51,178 nt of DNA from Alphaproteobacteria bacterium (GTDB lineage: Bacteria; Pseudomonadota; Alphaproteobacteria; Bin95), in NCBI GenBank assembly GCA_022824105.1, contig JAJEAZ010000291.1, forward strand, positions 1 to 51,178, in the 5' to 3' direction. Every line of letters begins with the position of its first letter. Positions within the stretch are counted from its first letter, which is position 1. The notes beneath the pieces are model-generated. The model did not search any database. It saw only the letters and a list, made by a program, of their open reading frames with translations, and was not told where the DNA came from. The position numbers were made by a program, and so were the translations under genes. Shown piece by piece: positions 1-7,541 of the stretch.

Positions 1-1
1 G

Positions 2-106
2 GAGGAGTACTACGACGGCAGCTGGATGCATACCCGCGTCAAGCGCCGCCGGGCGCGGGCGAAGGCGATCCTGAAGCAATACCGCGACATGGCGGCAGGC
101 AAGTAG
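2..106 (+). CDS. 3' end of an upstream gene (partial, product unknown)
   Basis: An open frame from the window edge reads EEYYDGSWMHTRVKRRRARAKAILKQYRDMAAGK, then TAG at 104-106. Codons are GC3-rich. No domain is recognisable in 34 aa. Confidence 0.35.
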   Translation, partial: EEYYDGSWMHTRVKRRRARAKAILKQYRDMAAGK

Positions 107-287
107 TCTGGAGGCCGCGCCGCGGCCCTTTGCGGCGGTGCGCCGATTGCCGAAATGCCGGGCATGCGTTCGCCATCGACACGAAAACCCGGGCTCGGCC
201 GCCGCGCTTCCGCCTCGCGCGCGCCGTATTGGGGGCGCCATGCGGCGTGCGGAAGACGCCGATGAGAGGCTGTAGAGGGGCCGAAGG

Positions 288-690
288 ATGAGCCAGGACG
301 ACCGTGACGACGTCTCCGACGGCGCGAATGCGGCCGAAAAGGCCGGCGAAGTCCGCAAGACGGGGGGCATCCGCTTCCCGGAATCGGAGTGGGAAGAGGT
401 CAGGCGCGCCGCGCTGGCCACGAAAAGTCCGTCACCAGCAGCTCGTCCGCAAGCGCATCCTCGCGCTCCCACGGAGCCTTGAGGGCGCGGATCGGACGCC
501 GAAGAGCGTCGAACCGGCCCCGGTCGAGGGTTCGGTGGCGCCGCTGATCGAGCGGATGTTCCGCTACACCTGGTTCCTGGCGACCGAAAGGCGCGACGCG
601 ATGGTCCGCGAAGGGCGCGGGGACGAGCTTGAAAAGCTGGTCGCCGAGGCCCGCCCCTTCCAGGACTCGCTGCGCCGGGACGCTGCCTGA
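288..690 (+). pseudogene. Ribbon-helix-helix (MobC/TraJ-like accessory) gene, apparently frameshifted near 423-433
   Basis: The ATG 288 frame gives ..GGIRFPESEWEEVRRAALATKS (beta strand plus helix 1 of an RHH) and stops at 480-482. The +1 frame continues with HQQLVRKRILAL (helix 2) ..IERMFRYTWFLATERRDAMVREGRGDELEKLVAEARPFQDSL to TGA 688-690. It lies adjacent to the oriT-like repeats. Confidence 0.5.
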
Positions 691-743
691 GCGAAATCGG
701 CACCCGCCCGGACCGCATCCGGGCGCGGCCCCCGGAATCCCGC

Positions 744-863
744 GCATGTCGCGCGTGTATCGGTCGCCGACAGCGGACGCCAGCCTCTTGAGCGACGCCG
801 CGCCGCGCGTGTATCGGTGCGCATGTCGGTCCCCGGTCCGCGTGTATCGGTGCGTGTATCGGT
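744..863. repeat. Iteron-like direct repeats, GCGTGTATCGGT x4 plus GCATGTCG x2
   Basis: GTGTATCGGT at 755-764, 809-818, 842-851 and 854-863, each preceded by GC. The related GCATGTCG occurs at 744-751 and 821-828. Spacing is irregular and the region is non-coding. Confidence 0.7.
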
Positions 864-907
864 CGGTGACACGGATCGACAGGGGCATGCCCGACCCATG
901 AGAAACC

Positions 908-940
908 GCGTGTATCGCACCGATACACGCTCGATCCTGC
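908..940 (+). other. Candidate oriT core: inverted repeat followed by an ATCCTG|C nick-like motif
   Basis: GCGTGTATCG-CAC-CGATACACGC is a perfect palindrome with 10-bp arms at 908-930, and its arm is the same motif as the upstream repeats. ATCCTGC lies at 934-940, 3 nt after the IR, as in IncP/Ti-type nick regions. Confidence 0.5.
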
Positions 941-1393
941 AAGAAGCGGACGCCGGAAGGCGGCCAAAGGCGGCAAACGAGTGCCGCAAGGCACGCTCCG
1001 CGCGCGCATGCGCACACCCGCAGCCTGCTGCGTCGGGTGTGGCCCCGAAGCCCGCCCCGGCGGGTCAAACAGGCCATTCGCGATGCACGGGAGATCGGGA
1101 GATCGACGCCGGGGAACCCGGCGGATCGGAGCCGCAGCGGCGATTGAGCGGCCCCGGATCGTCGTCCGGGGCAGGCGGTCACTGCGGCGCGAAGTGCGCG
1201 AGGCAGTGCCGCGAGCGATGCGGGCGGCAGTGCGCCGGGATCGGCGCAGGCGTCGATGCACTCATGCGCGGCATGGTGCAACGGCGCGTGACGCGGCAGC
1301 GGAACGCAACGGCGATCGGCGAGCGATGCGAGCCGGAGCGCGAGCGCGGCGCGAAGCGCGCGCGAGGATGGCGGCGTTGCCGCGATGCTGATG

Positions 1394-1437
1394 CACAAAC
1401 GCAAACGGGCCGCGCCGCCGGAGTGACGACGCGGCCC
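1394..1437 (-). terminator. Possible intrinsic terminator after the DUF2493 gene
   Basis: GGGCCGCG (1407-1414) pairs with CGCGGCCC (1430-1437). On the minus strand the hairpin is followed by GTTTGCGTTTGTG. The loop is long (15 nt), so confidence is moderate. Confidence 0.4.
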
Positions 1438-1455
1438 GCTCGGAACGCTGCGGGC

Positions 1456-2661
1456 TCAAGCCGCGATGCGCTGGACCGGGATGCCAAGCTGCCGCGCCTT
1501 GTCCACGAGATTGTCGGTGATGCCGGAGCCGGGGAACGCGATGACGCCTTTCGGCAGGAGATTGAGAAGGTCGTCATTGCGGCGGAACGGGGCGGCGCGT
1601 CCGTGCCTGTCCCAATCGGGCTTGCATACGATCTGCTGGACGCCGTTGCGCTCTGCCCAGCGCGCCGCGATCTTCTCGACGCCGGGGCCTCCGCCATGCA
1701 CGAGCACCATATCGGCGTATTTCTCGCGGGCCTTGTCCAGCCGGGCGATGACGGCGGCCGGGTCGGCAACATCCTTTCCGCCGGCGATGGCGATAAGGGT
1801 TCCGTCGGGAAGGTGCGCCGTGGTCTCGCGGTCCTTGCGGGCGCGCATGAAGTCGCGGGCGTCGATGGCGGCGGAGGTCAGATGCCCGGTCCGGCTGGTG
1901 TGCGAGCCGTGGCGCGGTCGCCAGACTTCGCCGGTGCGGGCGCGGTAGGCTTGGGCGGCGCAATCGCGGAAGATTTCCAGCGCATCGCGGCGGTCGCTGG
2001 TGTTGTGCGCCTTGTCGGTCAGCCGCTCCAGTTCCAGCGATTTGACTTCGGAGCCGTCCTGCGCGCGCTGAAGGTCGCGCAGTTCGGGCTCCATCCGGTC
2101 AAGCGCGCGGTCCAGCCGGTTGGTCTGCGCATGGAAGCAGTTGACCAAACCCCAGATCAGGCTCTCGCGTTCGTCGGCGAGCTTCGTTCCATCGGCGCAC
2201 AGGCGCTCGGCGGCAAGGTCGATGATCTCATGCACGATACCGGGCAAGTGCGAGTCCTCGAACCCGGCGCGAAGGTCGGGAAGGTCCAGCGGGTCGCCGG
2301 GGTGCAAGTTGGGGTCCTGGTCGCGGCGCACCTTGTATTCGCGGCGGCGGGTGCGCTGCTCGGCAAAGGTAAGCTCGCCATGCGGAACGGTCTTCATCCT
2401 GTCCGGGGCTTCCCACAGGGGCCGGTTGTCGTATTCGTCCGGGCCGGGGGTCGCGCCGTAGAGGGCGGCGGCTTCGCAGGCCATGGCGGTTGCCGATGCG
2501 GCGTGCTCGGGTTCCTGCCCGTCGTCGCTGTCGGTCGCGAGGCTCCCGGCGTCGATGCCGGCTTGGGCGAAAAGGTCGGCGGCGGTGGCGTCAAGGCTCC
2601 CGGTGTCGATCCCGGCTTCTGCAAAGGCGTCTGCCATGGCGCTGTCGTTGGGGTGTGTCAT
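1456..2661 (-). CDS. DUF2493 / SLOG-family (YspA-like Rossmann) protein with a long N-terminal extension
   Basis: 401 aa. The C-terminus reads GGKDVADPAAVIARLDKAREKYADMVLVHGGGPGVEKIAARWAERNGVQQIVCKPDWDRHGRAAPFRRNDDLL..PGSGITDNLVDKARQLGIPV, typical of DUF2493. Strong RBS GAGGAGAGAGGA upstream of ATG 2661. Confidence 0.85.
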   Translation of the reverse strand: MTHPNDSAMADAFAEAGIDTGSLDATAADLFAQAGIDAGSLATDSDDGQEPEHAASATAMACEAAALYGATPGPDEYDNRPLWEAPDRMKTVPHGELTFAEQRTRRREYKVRRDQDPNLHPGDPLDLPDLRAGFEDSHLPGIVHEIIDLAAERLCADGTKLADERESLIWGLVNCFHAQTNRLDRALDRMEPELRDLQRAQDGSEVKSLELERLTDKAHNTSDRRDALEIFRDCAAQAYRARTGEVWRPRHGSHTSRTGHLTSAAIDARDFMRARKDRETTAHLPDGTLIAIAGGKDVADPAAVIARLDKAREKYADMVLVHGGGPGVEKIAARWAERNGVQQIVCKPDWDRHGRAAPFRRNDDLLNLLPKGVIAFPGSGITDNLVDKARQLGIPVQRIAA

Positions 2662-2736
2662 GGTCGGTTCCTCTCTCCTCTGAAAAAAACACCGCGTTTC
2701 CCCCGGAGCGGGGTGGGCGGCGAGTCAAGCCTGGAA

Positions 2737-2823
2737 GGTCCGCAGATTGAGGCGGCCCGCACCCGAAGGGCCGCAACGCAGTGGAGGACCCGCGAAGCGG
2801 GTTGCGGGCCGCCGCTGCGGACC
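2737..2823. other. Compound GC-rich stem-loop (about 87 nt), function unknown
   Basis: GGTCCGCAG 2737-2745 pairs with CTGCGGACC 2815-2823. GGCGGCCCGC 2751-2760 pairs with GCGGGCCGCC 2804-2813. An inner hairpin ACCCGC-GAA-GCGGGT lies at 2788-2802. A further hairpin CGCCGCCC-gcca-GGGCGGCG lies at 2871-2890. The element is intergenic, upstream of the DUF2493 start. Confidence 0.4.
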
Positions 2824-3062
2824 TGGAATGGCGCGCCGCCCAGACCGATCTGGGGGAAACGCAACAACGCCGCCGCCCGCCAGGGCGGCGACACTCCCGC
2901 CGCAGGCGGCGGCAAGCGGAGCGCGCAAGGAGCGCAGCGACTGGAGGCGATAGGGATAGGAGCGGTTTCGGAGGGAGCGCCAGCGACCGGAGATATGAGC
3001 GGATAGCCCGGGCCGAAGGCATCGCCCAAATCCCACCATCCGCCTGCACGACCGAACCCGCA

Positions 3063-3398
3063 TTACGCACCGGCCCGGTCGGCCAGCACTTTGGAGGCCC
3101 ACGCTGCTGCCTTGGCCAGTACGTCCCCATGACAGGGCAGCGGCTCGCACCAGCAGGCCAGCCAGCAGCCATCGAGTTCCGCCAGCTCCTCCAGCGTGAC
3201 CTCGCCAGCCTGGATGCGGCGCCAGAGTTCCGCGCGGTATTGCGCGATCGCCAGCTCCCGCGAACAGCCCGATCCGATCCGGAACGGATTGCCCCACTTG
3301 GTGCGGCGGTCGATCAGCACGGTGTTGCCGACGACCTGCGCATATTCGAACTCCTCGCGCAGCTTCGGTTCGCTTTTCAGGTTTACGATTGCGCGCAT
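3063..3398 (-). CDS. DUF4326 domain protein
   Basis: 111 aa: MRAIVNLKSE..VLIDRRTKWGNPFRIG..AIAQYRAELWRRI..LDGCWLACWCEPLPCHGDVL. This is the characteristic WGNPF and CWC..CHGD pattern. ATG at 3396-3398 (complement). Confidence 0.85.
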   Translation of the reverse strand: MRAIVNLKSEPKLREEFEYAQVVGNTVLIDRRTKWGNPFRIGSGCSRELAIAQYRAELWRRIQAGEVTLEELAELDGCWLACWCEPLPCHGDVLAKAAAWASKVLADRAGA

Positions 3399-4591
3399 CG
3401 ACTCCCTCCTCTCTTCCCGTCGGCTTGCCCGACCCTCCGCTTCTCTCTTCCTCCCCCGGACCGGGAGCCTGCTTCGGCCTGCGAGCCGGAGGTGCGAGCA
3501 TCGCGGAACAGCGGGGCGAAGCGGGCGCGGAGCGCCGCCGGGCCGAGCGCGACGAGGTCGTCGTTGAAGTCCTTGCCGACGGGCACGATGACGGTGGCGG
3601 CGACGCCGAGCTGCGCGCAGCGCATGGCGAGGCGCTCGGCCGCAAGTGCGCCGTCCTCGTCGTTGTCGCGGGCGATCACCAGCCGCGCGAGGCCGGGCGG
3701 AGGCGCGAACGCGCCGAGGCTGCCGGCCGAGAGCGCGGCCGCCGCGCGGATCTCCGGCACGGCCGTGGTGAGGGAGAGCACGGTCTCGATGCCTTCGCCG
3801 ACGACAAGCGGCGCGCCGTCGGAAGGCGCGCCGAAACGCACCGCGAGGCCGTAGATGCGGCCGAGCGCCTTGCGCGGCAGGGCGACGCCCGCCTTGGCGG
3901 GCGAGTGGGGATCGAGCCAGGTCCGCTACACGCCGAGGATCCGGCCGCCTGTCCCGGATCCCGGATCGCGTCCGGGACAGGCTCCCGATGCGGGGTCGTC
4001 GCCGGTGACGGCGGCGACCAGCGCCGGGAAGCGGCGCACCGAGGAGCCTTCGCGATAGCGAAGCTCGGGGTGGAAGCGAAGCGCCGCGAAGCGGCAGCGG
4101 GCGAGACCGCGCGCATGCAGATAGCGCTCCGCGTGGCTGCCGGCGATGGCGCGGCAGCGCCGCCACAGGCGGCGCGCCGCCTCGGTCGCGTCATAGGGCT
4201 CGTCCGGTCCGCCTGCCGGCAGGCCGCCCGGCCCGGCGGCGTGCCCCGCACGCCAGCCGGAGCCCCCCGGATCGCGATCCGGGGCGGGCGGCAGGGCAAG
4301 GAAACGCCGCGCCTCGTTGAGCGCCGCGCGCAGCGTCGGCGCGCGCGAGCGGTGGCGGATAAGGTCGAGCAGGTCGCCATGCTCGCCGGTCGCCGCATCC
4401 GTCCACTTGCCCGGCGCGCCCGGGCCGCGCAGGCGGACGAAGAGCGAGCGCCCGCGAGCGCCGTCGAGATCGCCGCAGATCCAGTAGCGGCCCTGGCGGC
4501 GGCCGTTGGGCAGATACTGCCGGCAGACCGCCTCGGCGCGCTCGCCGAGCGCGGCGGCGATGGCGGCGGCGGGCGACGGTGGGTGCTGCAT
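3383..4591 (-). pseudogene. Toprim / DUF7146 primase-like gene interrupted by an in-frame TAG
   Basis: One continuous frame. The N-terminal 221 codons (..YWICGDLDGARGRSLFVRL..GEHGDLLDLI..) end at TAG (complement of 3926-3928). The same frame resumes as RTWLDPHSPAKAGVALPRKALGRIYGLAVRFGAPSDGAPLVVGEGIETVLSL..IARDNDEDG (toprim E and DxD motifs). Confidence 0.8.
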
Positions 4592-4762
4592 GCGAGATCT
4601 CCTTCAAACCATGCGGAACGCCCGATACCGGCCGCCCTCCGCCTCCGGCCGGCGCGGATAAGCGAGCGGCCCGAGCGAAGCGCGGGCGCGGAGCCCGGAC
4701 GGTTGGAGAGAGGAAGGCCGGGGCGCGAAGCACCGGCCGGGAGTGCGGCGAGGGCGCGCCGG

Positions 4763-5845
4763 TCAGGCGCGGGACGCATCGGCGAGCTGGCCGACGCGGA
4801 TGCGGCCGGTCCAGGCGGCGGCGCGCGCGGCGGAATCGCCGTCGCGCAACTGCCGGCGCAGCTCCATCCAGAGCCGGCCCAGCACGTTGGCGCCGCGGTA
4901 GCGGTCGCCTTCCGGCCGGGCGCCCCACCAGGGGTCGCGGGTCGAGACCTCGACGATGGCGCGCTCGCCGCTCGCGGCGAGGGCGGCGTCGATCGCGGCG
5001 GCGTTGGCCTCACGCTTCATGCGCAGCACCCAGCGCATCGCGTTCACCCGCTGCTCGTTCCAGCGGGGATCGAGACCGTCGGCCGTGCCGCGCCCGATGG
5101 CGGCCGCCTCGCGCGCCGTGGGCGCGCCGGCGATCCGGCGCTGCACCGCCGGGGCGGCGCCAAACTTGCAGGCCTGGTACAGGTGCTCGGACGTCGGAAG
5201 CGTCCACGGGCCGGCGGCGATCGGCGCCGCCAGCGGCGCGAAATTGCTGAACTCGCCCCAGGCTTCCCGGGTGAACCGAAAACTGCAAACCTCGCCGCGG
5301 TTGTAGATACGCATGCCGTCATCCTCCGCTACCGGCGGCGAGCTCCCTCCGGCCCTGCCGCGCTTCGCCCCGCCGCAAGCGCCCCTCCGCTCCGGTCCAC
5401 CGGGCTCGAATACGACGATCGAGACGCCCGCGCAGGGCGCGAGGCGGTCGACCAGCAGCGAGCGGACGGCGGGCCAGGGCAGGCCGCCGAGGCCGCAGCC
5501 GAGCGGCGGGATGGCGACGGAGCCGACGGCGCGGCGGCGGAGGATGAGGGCCAGGTCGTCGAGACCGCCGGCGATGTCCTCGATCCGGCTCGGGTCGCGC
5601 CAGTGGCGCTTGGTCGGGAAGTTGACCACGAAGCGCGCCGGCCCGGCGCCGGCGTCGAAGACGAGGCAGCGCCCGGGCCGGACCGCACGGCGCGCGCAGG
5701 CGTGCCGGTAGGCCTCGTAGTTGGCGGGGAAGCGATGCCGGAACTGGAGGGCGAGCCCCCTGCCCATCACGCCGACGCAGTTGACGGGATTGACGAGGGC
5801 CTGGCAGCCCGACCCGAAGAGGTCGCCTCGGGTGAAACGGATCAT
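4763..5845 (-). CDS. Macrodomain-NADAR (DUF1768) fusion protein, predicted ADP-ribose hydrolase
   Basis: The N-terminus MIRFTRGDLFGSGCQALVNPVNCVGVMGRGLALQF..FPTKRHWRDPS..IPPLGCGLGGL is macrodomain-like. The C-terminus IYNRGEVCSFRFTREAWGEFSNFAP..TSEHLYQACKF..NVLGRLWMELR is NADAR-like. ATG 5845 follows GGGAGC. The track ORF starts 18 codons earlier. Confidence 0.85.
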   Translation of the reverse strand: MIRFTRGDLFGSGCQALVNPVNCVGVMGRGLALQFRHRFPANYEAYRHACARRAVRPGRCLVFDAGAGPARFVVNFPTKRHWRDPSRIEDIAGGLDDLALILRRRAVGSVAIPPLGCGLGGLPWPAVRSLLVDRLAPCAGVSIVVFEPGGPERRGACGGAKRGRAGGSSPPVAEDDGMRIYNRGEVCSFRFTREAWGEFSNFAPLAAPIAAGPWTLPTSEHLYQACKFGAAPAVQRRIAGAPTAREAAAIGRGTADGLDPRWNEQRVNAMRWVLRMKREANAAAIDAALAASGERAIVEVSTRDPWWGARPEGDRYRGANVLGRLWMELRRQLRDGDSAARAAAWTGRIRVGQLADASRA

Positions 5846-5895
5846 GGGCGGTGCTCCCGGTTGGAGGAAGATCGAAGTCGAAGGGCCGGCGCGGC

Positions 5896-6480
5896 TCACG
5901 GCCGGCCGGCGCCGGACGCGAGCGTGCGGAAGGTGGCGGAAACACGGACCGCGGCCTCGCTGGCGCTGTCCGCGCGGTCGATGCCGTGCATGAAGTCCCG
6001 GCGCGCCGCGCCCGCGAGGACCAGGACCGAGCGGCGGGGGAGCACGGCCACCTCATCGCCCGGCAGGCCGTCGCGGGCGTAGGGCCGGACGGAGCGCGGC
6101 CGGAAGCGCATCGGCCAGTCGGCGGCGAGCGACAGCGAGGCGACGACGTCGCCGAAGTCGCGATGGTCGGCGTGCATGCCGATGCCCTGGCCGGGGCGGT
6201 ATTCGTTGACGATGCACTGCACCGGCGTCGCGCCCCCGAAACGGTCCCGCAGCCGCTCCGCCATGACCTCGGCCCAGCGCGGGAACGGCGCGGCCGGGAC
6301 CGGGCGGCTGGCACCGCGGTAGTCGTAGCGATAGCCGTAATGCTGCACGCGCCGGCTGAGCTCGGTCATCCAGGGCGCCGCGCCGATGCGCAGCAGCAGG
6401 CGCTCCTCCTCGGCCGGGGTGACGAAATCGGGGACGATGACGGCCCCCCGGGCGAAGACGCTCTCGGTGTTGTCGCGCAT
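5896..6480 (-). CDS. AlkB-like 2OG-Fe(II) dioxygenase
   Basis: 194 aa from MRDNTESV. It contains QCIVNEYRPGQGIGMHADHRDFG (HxD), ..RRDFMHGI.. (distal His) and ..RVSATFR (2OG-binding Arg). Confidence 0.85.
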   Translation of the reverse strand: MRDNTESVFARGAVIVPDFVTPAEEERLLLRIGAAPWMTELSRRVQHYGYRYDYRGASRPVPAAPFPRWAEVMAERLRDRFGGATPVQCIVNEYRPGQGIGMHADHRDFGDVVASLSLAADWPMRFRPRSVRPYARDGLPGDEVAVLPRRSVLVLAGAARRDFMHGIDRADSASEAAVRVSATFRTLASGAGRP

Positions 6481-6580
6481 GCTCCCTCTCCCTTGGTAAC
6501 GGAACGCCCCACCGGCGCACCTCTCCGGCTCCGGCGGCGCGCAGCGGACGGGCATGGGGGGAGGGACTCCGGCAGGGCTG

Positions 6581-6616
6581 CAAAAAGAAAGGGACCGACG
6601 CCGAAACGCCGGTCCC
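6581..6616 (-). terminator. Rho-independent terminator downstream of ssb
   Basis: GGGACCG (6591-6597) pairs with CGGTCCC (6610-6616). On the minus strand the hairpin is followed by TTTCTTTTTG (complement of 6581-6590). It lies 37 nt after the ssb stop. Confidence 0.65.
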
Positions 6617-6652
6617 AGGTTAGGGGAGGGAGGAACGAGGGACGCGAAGTCC

Positions 6653-7105
6653 TCAGAACGGGATTTCGTCGTCCAGGTCGGCGGGCGCGGAAGCCGGCGC
6701 GGCGCCGGTGTCGCCCGCCATGTCCGGGTCCGGCCGCGCGCCGCCCGCCGCGTCGCGCTTGTCGAGGAATTGCACGCGCCCGCCGGGGACCAGCAGGATC
6801 TCGGTCGAGAAGCGGTCCGAGTCCTCGCCCGGCTTCTTCCAGCGCCGGGTCTGGAGCTTGCCCGCGACATAGACCAGCCGGCCCTTCACCGCGTGCTTGA
6901 CCAGCATGTCGATCAGCCCGTCCTGGAAGGTGACGATGCGGTGCCACTCGGTGCGGTCCTGCCGCTCGCCGGTCTTGGCGTCGATATACGACTCGTCGGT
7001 CGCGATCGAGAGGTTGGCGACGCGGCCGCCGCTCTGGAGGTGGTTGACGGTCACGTCGGCGCCGAGGCGGCCGATCAGTTCCGCGCGGTTCAATCCGAAG
7101 GCCAT
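6653..7105 (-). CDS. ssb: Single-stranded DNA-binding protein
   Basis: 150 aa: MAFGLNRAELIGRLGADV..ANLSIATDESY..RTEWHRIV (OB fold), a Gly/Pro/Ala tail and the acidic tip DLDDEIPF. RBS AAGGAG. Confidence 0.95.
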   Translation of the reverse strand: MAFGLNRAELIGRLGADVTVNHLQSGGRVANLSIATDESYIDAKTGERQDRTEWHRIVTFQDGLIDMLVKHAVKGRLVYVAGKLQTRRWKKPGEDSDRFSTEILLVPGGRVQFLDKRDAAGGARPDPDMAGDTGAAPASAPADLDDEIPF

Positions 7106-7217
7106 GGGAAATCTCCTTCATGGGGTCTGGATGATGACGATGGGTTGCGAACGACCGGAAGCCGGGACACCCTCCCGAACCCCCGACCGTTCAATCTCTC
7201 CAAGCCCTCCTCCACCT

Positions 7218-7457
7218 CTAATCGGCCGGGGAGAGCGACGGTGCCGGGTCCCAGGGTTCCGCCGGCTCCGCCATGCCCGGCGCCGGGACCGGGAAGAGGT
7301 CCGCGAAGCGCCGTTCGGGAAACAGCGCCGCACGCTCCGGACAGCGCATGGCGCGGGCGTCTTCGGCGAGCTCGCGCACGAGGCCGGGACGGATCCCCAG
7401 TTCGGCCAGCAGGTCGGAACCCTGCGGGGGACCGAGGCGATAATCGGAAAACGGCAT
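7218..7457 (-). CDS. Hypothetical small protein (79 aa)
   Basis: ATG 7457 is preceded by GAGGAGGA. Translation: MPFSDYRLGPPQGSDLLAELGIRPGLVRELAEDARAMRCPERAALF.. No domain recognised. Confidence 0.55.
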   Translation of the reverse strand: MPFSDYRLGPPQGSDLLAELGIRPGLVRELAEDARAMRCPERAALFPERRFADLFPVPAPGMAEPAEPWDPAPSLSPAD

Positions 7458-7541
7458 GGACGGATCCTCCTCTGCCCGGCCCGGCATCGGCGCGGCGGGA
7501 CCCACTCCCTCCACCCTGCCGGACACTCGCCCGGCACCCGC

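Noticed and set aside
744-930. Possibility that the GTGTATCGGT repeats are a CRISPR array
   Set aside because: The repeats are only 10-12 bp, with irregular spacings of 12-56 bp. No cas genes are present, and the final copy forms a palindrome. This fits protein-binding iterons or oriT better.
817-3006. 729-aa plus-strand ORF, together with overlapping 400..1404 and 1179..1772 minus-strand ORFs
   Set aside because: It is low-complexity Arg/Ala/Gly sequence. It crosses the repeat/oriT-like region and runs antisense to the well-supported DUF2493 gene. No RBS or domain support.
3389-6082. 897-aa plus-strand ORF and the 3676..5013 / 3063..4166 minus-strand frames
   Set aside because: These are shadows of the toprim, Macro-NADAR and AlkB-like genes. 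Only the last 111 codons of 3063..4166 (DUF4326) are real.
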